5,047 bases of DNA from a virus. The notes under the pieces are model-generated. The model was not told the DNA's origin. It made no database searches and saw only the letters and a program-made list of their open reading frames with translations. Position 1 is the first letter of the stretch. Each line of letters begins with the position of its first letter. The stretch lies in the IMG/VR virus record IMGVR_UViG_3300045988_060092, positions 1 through 5,047 of that record; one strand, 5' to 3'. Made by a program: the position numbers and the translations under genes. Positions 1-5,047 of this stretch are shown here, piece after piece.

Positions 1-55
1 AGCAAAGAGAATAAATATCGTAATCCTGAGGATAGAGAGCGAACATCGAAGAATC
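1..55. repeat. Terminal direct repeat; identical copy at 4993-5047 (redundancy of a circular genome)
   Basis: Seen in sequence: bases 1-55 (agcaaagagaataaatatcg...gaagaatc) recur exactly at 4993-5047. This implies a circular unit of 4992 nt. Confidence 0.95.
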
Positions 56-166
56 GCGAAGGAATACAGTTGCAAACCAACGCTGGAACTCTTCAATATT
101 TACGGCTTCTTTGCAAAGTGCACAAGAATTAGTCTTTCTATCAAAAACAGCATAAATAGTCTTCAT
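1..166 (-). CDS. 5' part of a 97-aa junction-spanning ORF (hypothetical protein; positional analogue of the small ORF downstream of the replication gene in gokushoviruses). Start ATG 166-164; continues across the circular junction into 4992..4865
   Basis: My own translation of the minus strand gives an open frame from ATG (rc of cat 164-166) to the window start: MKTIYAVFDRKTNSCALCKEAVNIEEFQRWFATVFLRDSSMFALYPQDY... The ATG overlaps the VP4 stop TGA (163-165) as ATGA, a classic translational-coupling arrangement. Codon usage is NNT-rich like VP1 and VP4. In the joined circle the frame is continuous with 4865..4992. Confidence 0.6.
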   Translation of the reverse strand, partial: MKTIYAVFDRKTNSCALCKEAVNIEEFQRWFATVFLRDSSMFALYPQDYDIYSLC

Positions 167-1065
167 TTACAATCTCCTTCAATCGGTCGAATCAATTTCT
201 TGGCAATTTCAAGTTGGTGTTCTTCTTTCTGAAGAAGACGGGTGACCGATTCTTTTTTAACCGTCTTCTTTCTCCGTGCCTTAAGAATATCAAACCTTTC
301 TGCATCTGTCAAATGCAAATAATCGTCATAATAAGCTGGAGGACGGGTAATCATACCATCCGGTAAAACAACCTTATCATAATTGTAGACATCATTAAAA
401 TACTTAACTATCCAATCGTGCGCAATACCGGGCTTTCGAGACATCGTAATAAATTCAGGGGTACGACCGTGATAATGAGCCGGGGCATCCTTACCATACA
501 CTTTTTTAGTTACGTATCGCGCTACGTAAGCGCAGCTCTTAAAAGTAACATTACCAATGGTATGGAAACCAAAAGGCCAAAGACTAAATAAAAAATCAGA
601 GATATAAAGCGGCCCGTAAGGCGTCTGTCTAAGTAACTGACGGTCATCAGAAAAATCATAATTAAATATAATAAGATGATAGTGAGGCCGTAAATTTTTA
701 TCACCATATTCACCACAAGCAAAAAAACGAATCTTAATATTCTGATAAGACAAAGCCTTGCGTAACCGTTTTAAGAAAAGCTGAACATCACGAACACTGA
801 CAGAGCCGGAAGCAGGAAGGTGCGCATCATCGAAAGTCAAAGTTAAAAAACAATTATGGTCATGTAAAGAAGCCTCATGCACACATCTGACTGCCCATTG
901 CCGAGAATGTGCGAGACGACAGCCAATACATTTTCCACAAGGAATAGTGCATGGTTCCGCACCGCGAGCCGGGGAGCTCGCAGGGGAACCAAACACAATA
1001 CGGTAGCCCGACTTAGAGCTAGCATCAGGAACACGCCAGCAGTCGATCGGATGATAACAAGCCAT
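163..1065 (-). CDS. VP4: Replication initiation protein (rolling-circle HUH endonuclease), Microviridae VP4 / phiX174 gpA family, 300 aa
   Basis: ORF track protein. It contains rolling-circle Rep motif 1 FLTLTFDD (res 73-80), motif 2 HYHLIIF (HUH, res 128-134, nt about 664-684) and motif 3 YVARYVTKK with two Tyr four residues apart (Y180/Y184, nt about 514-528), as in phiX174 gpA. There is an N-terminal Cys cluster CTIPCGKCIGC (res 39-49). ATG at 1065-1063 lies 2 nt after the TAA of the upstream small ORF. Confidence 0.9.
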   Translation of the reverse strand: MACYHPIDCWRVPDASSKSGYRIVFGSPASSPARGAEPCTIPCGKCIGCRLAHSRQWAVRCVHEASLHDHNCFLTLTFDDAHLPASGSVSVRDVQLFLKRLRKALSYQNIKIRFFACGEYGDKNLRPHYHLIIFNYDFSDDRQLLRQTPYGPLYISDFLFSLWPFGFHTIGNVTFKSCAYVARYVTKKVYGKDAPAHYHGRTPEFITMSRKPGIAHDWIVKYFNDVYNYDKVVLPDGMITRPPAYYDDYLHLTDAERFDILKARRKKTVKKESVTRLLQKEEHQLEIAKKLIRPIEGDCK

Positions 1066-1067
1066 AA

Positions 1068-1184
1068 TTAAATACGGAAGCCGCCGCGCATAGGGCGTGC
1101 GCGAAGGTTACGTTTTTTAATATTTACGGCGCCTTTAGTAAAAATCTTGCGAGACTTCTTCTTAGACAGTTTACGACGTTTCAT
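1068..1184 (-). CDS. Small highly basic protein, 38 aa (putative DNA-binding/packaging protein, gokushovirus ORF8 / phiX174 J-like)
   Basis: Not in the ORF track (shorter than 60 aa). My translation from ATG (rc of cat 1182-1184) gives MKRRKLSKKKSRKIFTKGAVNIKKRNLRARPMRGGFRI*, with stop TAA at 1068-1070. About 42 percent of residues are K/R. A strong SD AAAGGAG (rc of 1193-1199) sits 8 nt upstream. Its TAA is 2 nt before the VP4 ATG. Confidence 0.75.
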   Translation of the reverse strand: MKRRKLSKKKSRKIFTKGAVNIKKRNLRARPMRGGFRI

Positions 1185-1205
1185 ATAAAACACTCCTTTG
1201 GTTAG

Positions 1206-1306
1206 CCTGGACTTTATCCAGGACAATTTACCTGGAACTTTATCCAGGACAATTTACCTGGACTTTATCCAGGACAATTTACCTGGACTTTATCCAGGAC
1301 AATTCA
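1206..1306. repeat. Four tandem copies of a 25/26-bp unit (cctggactttatccaggacaattta), each containing the palindrome CCTGGA-n5-TCCAGG
   Basis: Seen in sequence. Units are 1206-1230, 1231-1256 (one extra a), 1257-1281 and 1282-1306 (final tta changed to tca). Each unit holds a 6-bp inverted repeat, cctgga/tccagg. The array fills the VP2 / basic-protein intergenic region. The VP2 stop codon (TGA, rc of 1304-1306) lies inside the variant copy. Confidence 0.9.
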
Positions 1307-2182
1307 CTTAAGCGCACTAAAAGGCATCCAGCGCAACAATTCACCCATTGTAGTACCAAATCTATGTGCATAACCGGTCTTGATATCCTGGACAGACTGT
1401 TCCTGTTCATTAGCAAGTTTAATCCGAATAGAATCTTCGAGATTACGCTGAGTAGAAGCGTCAAGATTAGCCGCACTAGCCAAATTTTCAGCAGTACCAG
1501 CTGCCAAATTATCAATCTCATAAGGCGTCAATTGCTGGAGCCTAGCCAGTTCACCGTAAGACTTCGCGGCAAGCGCAGAAGCGGCACCAGCTTGAGCAAG
1601 ATTAGCCTCAGAGCGTGTACCAAGTTCGGCGACCTGCGCATCAGTAATACGCTTACTATTTTCGATTTCCTGCAAAATTTTATCAATATTTGCATCAGCA
1701 ACTTTAACCTGCATCTTAAAAACTTCAGTCTGTTGTTTAGCTTGAGCAGTAAGAGCGAAAATATTATCCGCTTTGAGCGGTATAAGGGTAGTTTCACCCT
1801 GCACCTGTGCGGTCTGAGCCGACTTAAGTTTAGTATCTTGTAATACATTACTAGCCTCGGCGCGAGTTTTTTCAACTGTAGCCTTGATAGCTTCATTTTG
1901 CATCTGGAGATTTTTTGCCTGCTGAGCGGCCATATATCCGGAAGTCGCGGCAGTACCTAAATTTTCATAGCTACCACCAGAAGAAGCACCAAAAGTACTA
2001 TTACCACCATTAGCCGAAAGGATAGGATTGAGACCAGCTGCGCGGAGGTCAGCGACTTCAATCTGATGTTGTTTGTAAAGCTGGTCATGAGCAAGTTCAT
2101 AATTAGCATTAAACTGTTTTCTCTGCTGGCGGTTAGCAATAAGACCACCAGCAAGACCAGCAATAGCACCAAACAAACTCAT
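1304..2182 (-). CDS. VP2: Putative VP2 (DNA pilot / minor capsid protein), 292 aa
   Basis: ORF track protein. It sits immediately downstream of VP1, as in gokushoviruses. It has a Gly/Ala-rich N-terminus (MSLFGAIAGLAGGLIANRQQRK) followed by a long Ala/Gln/Glu/Lys-rich region that looks like a coiled coil, which is typical of microvirus pilot proteins. The SD GAGGTGA (rc of 2187-2193) is 4 nt upstream of ATG 2182. The VP1 TAA (2196-2198) is 13 nt upstream. Confidence 0.65.
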   Translation of the reverse strand: MSLFGAIAGLAGGLIANRQQRKQFNANYELAHDQLYKQHQIEVADLRAAGLNPILSANGGNSTFGASSGGSYENLGTAATSGYMAAQQAKNLQMQNEAIKATVEKTRAEASNVLQDTKLKSAQTAQVQGETTLIPLKADNIFALTAQAKQQTEVFKMQVKVADANIDKILQEIENSKRITDAQVAELGTRSEANLAQAGAASALAAKSYGELARLQQLTPYEIDNLAAGTAENLASAANLDASTQRNLEDSIRIKLANEQEQSVQDIKTGYAHRFGTTMGELLRWMPFSALK

Positions 2183-2195
2183 AAAATCACCTCAC

Positions 2196-3860
2196 TTAGA
2201 AGTGGTCAACAAGACCAGGGACACCGTAAACCGGCATCGGGCGTGCGCATTTCATCTCAATGTACGAATCAATGATAAACTGAGGTTCATTCTGTACTGC
2301 AAGAATACGAGATACTGGCGGATTATCTTCAATAAACTGAGCAGAAAGCGTGGGAAGATTATCAAACTTTTGAGAAAGATGCCAAACATCAAGAGACTGG
2401 GGGTCCGTAGAACGTAACTTACCGGTAATCATAGAAGGGAAATAACGATATTCCGAGTATCTTTCCTGGTAACCAAATACATCATCATCAGCAGCTGTAC
2501 CCTGTGCATAGATTTCCTTATTCAAAATCGCCTGCTCGCCAAGATGCGCAAGAACCGGCCAGTAAAAATCAAAGCGTGTACGGCGGCTGAACATACGAGG
2601 AATGCCCTGCTGATAGGTAAGATCAGCACGGACATTCAAAAGACCAATGATAATACCATGTTCCACAAAGGATTTAGTGAATCCATGCTTAGCGGATGTC
2701 GAGGACGCAAGACCATATGCGGCAAGGTTGCCCTGCGGCGTCTCTGCGCCAGTAGCACCAGTCGCGGAATTTTGGACAACAGGATTGAAAATAACAGGGC
2801 TTTCCGAGCCGCCAAGGTATTCCGGACGCTGGAGACGAGAATCAGGGGAAACAACACCAAAGTGCGAGCGAAGGATTTCAGTATAACGGGTACCACCACG
2901 AGCATCACGTTCGAAGAGTTTCTGCAACTGGAAAGCCTGACGCAGGGAATTAATAGTAGCAGCTGTTACAGAAGATAAATCAGCATAAACATGAGAATTA
3001 TCACCAAACCCAAGTAATTTGCCACTATCATCGTTACCAGTTCCCAAAAAAGTACCAGACGCACCAATAGCAGTTGATTCGTCAGTAGGATAACCTAACG
3101 AACCACGTTTTAAACTCTGACGACCAACGAGATACCCAACGGAAGAACCGTCTGTGAAAGCAACGGCACCATCACTCTTAACCGGAGCATTACCGGAAAG
3201 AGGGAGCTCTACGCCGGGGCCTTTCTGAGGCCAAGGAAGAGCGCTGGTGAAATAATCGTGACGCTTACCACGCCTGAGAAGCCTGTGCGAACCGGTAAAA
3301 CCAGCATCACCAACACCGACATCATCCAAACCAGTAGCGGATTTAATTTCAGCAAAGGAAGAGAGATTAATAGGATTCTGGAGATTTTCATCTCTGAACC
3401 ATTCATTCCAGATAAGGGCATACGCTCTCGCGGCTAATTCGTTAGCCTTGATACCTTTAACGCCAGTCGGAAGGCCAAAATAATCTTCAAGGGAACCAAC
3501 TGGAAAACCTTTATCAGCCGGGGCAGTAGTCTGAGGTACAAGATAATCAGTAGGCGCACCAGGATAATCCTGCTGGCCGTTAAACTGTTCCCAATGCTTC
3601 CAAAGTAAGCGATATGGTACAAAGAAATAAAAAGTATCAACAAACAGATTATCCATAGTCGGTACTATGGGAGTAGAAAGACGAGCTAAGAAATTAAACT
3701 TAACCTTAAAGGAATCGCCTGGAAGGACTTCATCCACAAGAAACGGGACAAGGAAGCCGCTATCAAAGGTACTTTTCCAGCCGTGGGACCTATCAAACAC
3801 AGACCGAGAGATTTGAGCTCGCGGAATCTGCGAGAATAAATGCTTCATGACTGATTTCAT
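2196..3860 (-). CDS. VP1: Major capsid protein VP1 (Microviridae F-protein family, gokushovirus type), 554 aa
   Basis: ORF track protein. Its size and sequence blocks are those I recognise in gokushovirus VP1: FSQIP...SVFDRSHG near the N-terminus, GKRHDYFTS, RDARGGTRY, LQRPEYLGG, GYQERYSEYRY and KCARPMPVY. The SD AAAGGA is 8 nt upstream of ATG 3860-3858. Confidence 0.92.
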   Translation of the reverse strand: MKSVMKHLFSQIPRAQISRSVFDRSHGWKSTFDSGFLVPFLVDEVLPGDSFKVKFNFLARLSTPIVPTMDNLFVDTFYFFVPYRLLWKHWEQFNGQQDYPGAPTDYLVPQTTAPADKGFPVGSLEDYFGLPTGVKGIKANELAARAYALIWNEWFRDENLQNPINLSSFAEIKSATGLDDVGVGDAGFTGSHRLLRRGKRHDYFTSALPWPQKGPGVELPLSGNAPVKSDGAVAFTDGSSVGYLVGRQSLKRGSLGYPTDESTAIGASGTFLGTGNDDSGKLLGFGDNSHVYADLSSVTAATINSLRQAFQLQKLFERDARGGTRYTEILRSHFGVVSPDSRLQRPEYLGGSESPVIFNPVVQNSATGATGAETPQGNLAAYGLASSTSAKHGFTKSFVEHGIIIGLLNVRADLTYQQGIPRMFSRRTRFDFYWPVLAHLGEQAILNKEIYAQGTAADDDVFGYQERYSEYRYFPSMITGKLRSTDPQSLDVWHLSQKFDNLPTLSAQFIEDNPPVSRILAVQNEPQFIIDSYIEMKCARPMPVYGVPGLVDHF

Positions 3861-3964
3861 GTTATCAATCCTTTCTGAACGACCGCCCTAAGGCTTCGCC
3901 AACAGGCTGTATCGTTCAAAAAAATAGAATGAGTGTGAAAAATGAGCCGCTTAACGGTGTCACT

Positions 3965-3998
3965 CCGGCCAATTACATCAAGTAGTGTAATTGGCCGG
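3965..3998. other. Perfect hairpin: 13-bp stem ccggccaattaca / tgtaattggccgg with an 8-nt loop, in the VP3-VP1 intergenic region
   Basis: Seen in sequence: 3965-3977 is the exact reverse complement of 3986-3998, with loop tcaagtag. It lies 23 nt past the VP3 stop on the coding strand. No U-tract follows it on the coding strand. Confidence 0.85.
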
Positions 3999-4021
3999 TC
4001 GGCGCTTACCGTTAGCAAACA

Positions 4022-4465
4022 TCAGTTTACTTCTTTACCGGAACCTTCAACAGGTCCGGAAGGTACTTCAGGAGTACCGTCAACAGGTTTGTCAATAATT
4101 CCAAGCCTAATTGCTTCAGCATAATCATCACTTCCTTCCTTGAGAGACTGAACAAACTCGAAATAGGCAGCAGGGTCGTTTCCGAATCGTTCACGGATTT
4201 TACTTGAAAGGTGACTAAATGCGTTCTCTGCCGCCACTATGACATTCTGAGCTTCCTGGTAGGAAGGCATATCAGAAAAATCACCAAATTGAGGAACACG
4301 AGACACCGGTACAGTAGGATCCACAAGTACACCAGTAGTCTCAAAACGCGAAATAATACAGTTTATGTCTGCATCATCTTTGAAAGACTGAAGAGTCTGA
4401 GAAGCCTGGTCAAACTTAATACCAGGCTTATCGCCGGTAACAGAATAACGAGATTTAAATTTCAT
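4022..4465 (-). CDS. VP3: Putative internal scaffolding protein VP3, 147 aa (start taken at ATG 4465-4463, not the upstream GTG at 4552)
   Basis: The ORF track frame is 4022..4552. The track's first codon is GTG (rc of cac 4550-4552) with no SD. The in-frame ATG at 4465-4463 (MKFKSRYSVTGDKPGIKFDQ...) is preceded by GGAAAGGA with 5 nt spacing. The product is acidic and about 16 kDa, a size that fits gokushovirus VP3. The call is by size and position only. Confidence 0.6.
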   Translation of the reverse strand: MKFKSRYSVTGDKPGIKFDQASQTLQSFKDDADINCIISRFETTGVLVDPTVPVSRVPQFGDFSDMPSYQEAQNVIVAAENAFSHLSSKIRERFGNDPAAYFEFVQSLKEGSDDYAEAIRLGIIDKPVDGTPEVPSGPVEGSGKEVN

Positions 4466-4667
4466 GATTTTCCTTTCCGCGCGGATCCGCGCTACAAGTA
4501 TCTTCAAATAGACTAGTAGGTTTAAGGTTACTACTAATAAAATAACCACCACAATTTAAGCAAACAGAGCTATGGTCGTCAACATGGTACAAAACGCACT
4601 GACAATACTCACAACGATCGATACCGTCAAATACAAAGCGCTTAAAAGCAGAAGGTACTTTAGACAT
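4455..4667 (-). CDS. Small C4 zinc-ribbon protein, 70 aa (hypothetical; motif C-x2-C-x13-C-x2-C)
   Basis: ORF track protein MSKVPSAFKRFVFDGIDRCEYCQCVLYHVDDHSSVCLNCGG.... The cysteines are C19, C22, C36 and C39. A true ATG lies at 4667-4665. Codon usage is NNT-rich like the capsid genes. Its 3' end overlaps the VP3 start by 11 nt and contains the VP3 SD. A GGTGGTGA element lies 9-17 nt upstream. Confidence 0.6.
   Translation of the reverse strand: MSKVPSAFKRFVFDGIDRCEYCQCVLYHVDDHSSVCLNCGGYFISSNLKPTSLFEDTCSADPRGKENHEI
4479..4492. promoter_or_regulatory. Perfect 14-bp GC-rich palindrome GCGCGGATCCGCGC, 2 nt upstream (coding strand) of the VP3 Shine-Dalgarno
   Basis: Seen in sequence. It can form a 5-bp GC stem with a GATC tetraloop in the mRNA, immediately 5' of GGAAAGGA-n5-ATG of VP3. 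It lies inside the C-terminal codons of the zinc-ribbon ORF. Confidence 0.5.
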
Positions 4668-4694
4668 TTCATCACATCACCACCTGGCTATAAT

Positions 4695-4772
4695 GGGGGG
4701 AACATGCCGCAAGACATAAGAGAACTTAAAAAACAAACAGTCAGAAGCAAGAAAAAAGCGGCATTTCCCCCC
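4695..4772. promoter_or_regulatory. Long-range interrupted inverted repeat (ggggggaacatgccgc ... gcggcatttcccccc; 15 bp with a 1-nt bulge, 47-nt A-rich spacer) in the non-coding region between the terminator and the zinc-ribbon ORF start; candidate promoter/origin/packaging cis element
   Basis: Seen in sequence. Arm 4695-4710 versus arm 4758-4772: the reverse complement of the second arm differs from the first only by one extra c. The region 4668-4864 has no credible coding frame, since the only ORF through it uses a GTG start, rare codons, and contains the terminator. Confidence 0.55.
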
Positions 4773-4792
4773 ATACCCCCGAGGGCTAATAA

Positions 4793-4832
4793 GGGAGAAA
4801 GAAAAACCGCTAACGTCAGCAAACGCTAGCGG
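4793..4832 (-). terminator. Rho-independent (intrinsic) terminator on the coding strand
   Basis: On the minus strand the region reads CCGCUAGCG-uuugcuga-CGUUAGCGG, a 9-bp stem with one G.U pair and an 8-nt loop, followed directly by UUUUUCUUUCUCCC (rc of 4793-4806). It starts about 32 nt after the stop of the junction-spanning ORF. Read on the plus strand it has no T-tract. Confidence 0.8.
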
Positions 4833-4864
4833 CCTGCCGAGGAGAACGGCAAAGAATAGAAAAA

Positions 4865-5047
4865 TCACTCGCCCGGCTGGGCAGAAGTCGGGCGCGGGAT
4901 TTTAAAAATAGAGAAAAGCTCGTCAACCGAACAAATAAGAGACGGCGGAAAAGAATTAGGGTCATCAACGGTCATATTTTCATCATTAAAAGAGCAAAGA
5001 GAATAAATATCGTAATCCTGAGGATAGAGAGCGAACATCGAAGAATC
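4865..5047 (-). CDS. 3' part of the same 97-aa junction-spanning ORF (stop TGA at 4867-4865); 4993-5047 duplicates 1-55
   Basis: The minus-strand frame is open from the window end down to tca (TGA) at 4865-4867, encoding ...DSSMFALYPQDYDIYSLCSFNDENMTVDDPNSFPPSLFCSVDELFSIFKIPRPTSAQPGE*. It is in frame with 1..166 when the circle is closed. An intrinsic terminator starts about 32 nt downstream. Confidence 0.6.
   Translation of the reverse strand, partial: DSSMFALYPQDYDIYSLCSFNDENMTVDDPNSFPPSLICSVDELFSIFKIPRPTSAQPGE
4993..5047. repeat. Second copy of the 55-nt terminal redundancy (same as 1-55)
   Basis: Exact identity to positions 1-55. Confidence 0.95.

Noticed and set aside
1206-1306. Possible CRISPR array
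   Set aside because: The units are contiguous, with no spacers between the 25-bp repeats, and the genome is a 5-kb phage. It is a tandem repeat, not CRISPR.
1364-1843. Plus-strand ORFs (877..1071, 1364..1843, 2066..2275, 2202..2417, 2544..2978, 2647..2886, 3942..4124, 4211..4516, 4572..4829)
   Set aside because: They are antisense to well-supported genes. Microviridae encode everything on one strand. They have low-complexity or implausible compositions and no SDs.
1528-1896. Same-strand embedded alternative-frame ORFs: the 122-aa highly basic ORF in VP2, plus 1957..2172, 1279..1521, 843..1034, 2636..2908, 3209..3421 and 3434..3643
   Set aside because: These are frame shadows. Their composition (Leu/Val/Arg-rich) follows from shifting the NNT- and GCT/CAG/AAA-rich parent frames. 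Most begin with TTG/GTG or lack an SD. Only 522..722 is kept as a low-interest finding.
4022-4552. Longer 176-aa version of VP3 with a hydrophobic N-terminal extension
   Set aside because: The upstream start is GTG with no SD. The ATG at 4465 has a good GGAAAGGA SD, and the zinc-ribbon ORF occupies the upstream sequence in another frame.
4689-4694. Plus-strand TATAAT (tggctataat) with an upstream TAGACA, resembling a sigma70 promoter
   Set aside because: It is on the non-coding strand. The spacer to the -35-like hexamer is about 22 nt, and it would only drive antisense transcription. It is probably fortuitous.
4677-4868. 63-aa minus-strand ORF with a signal-peptide-like N-terminus (MIFLFFAVLLGRPLAFA)
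   Set aside because: It starts with GTG and has no SD. It uses rare codons (GGG GGG, CCC CCC, AGG, CTA). It also contains the intrinsic terminator and the long inverted repeat. It is best read as a non-coding regulatory region.
1-5047. XerC/D dif-like 28-bp site, expected if this were an enterobacterial dif-integrating gokushovirus
   Set aside because: By eye I found no convincing match to the GGTGCGCATAA-TGTATA-TTATGTTAAAT pattern on either strand. This needs a proper motif search before any claim is made.

Overview
The window is a complete, circularly permuted genome of a small ssDNA phage of the family Microviridae (gokushovirus-like), shown as the reverse complement of the coding strand. 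Positions 1-55 are identical to 4993-5047, so the unit genome is 4992 nt and the window has a 55-nt terminal redundancy. All credible genes lie on the minus strand, tightly packed, with Shine-Dalgarno sites and stop/start coupling. In transcription order (high to low coordinate) they are: a C4 zinc-ribbon small ORF (4667..4455), VP3 scaffold (4465..4022), VP1 major capsid (3860..2196), VP2 pilot/minor capsid (2182..1304), a 38-aa highly basic protein (1184..1068), the VP4 rolling-circle replication initiator (1065..163), and a 97-aa ORF that starts in an ATGA overlap with the VP4 stop and crosses the circular junction (166..1 then 4992..4865). The linear ORF track missed this last ORF. About 32 nt past its stop there is a clear intrinsic terminator on the coding strand. 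Non-coding structure includes four tandem 25/26-bp repeats each carrying a 6-bp-stem palindrome (VP2/basic-protein junction), a perfect 13-bp-stem hairpin between VP3 and VP1, a GC palindrome abutting the VP3 ribosome-binding site, and a long G6/C6-anchored inverted repeat in the roughly 200-nt non-coding region upstream of the zinc-ribbon ORF. Product calls rest on recognisable Microviridae protein motifs and gene sizes. No homology search was possible.
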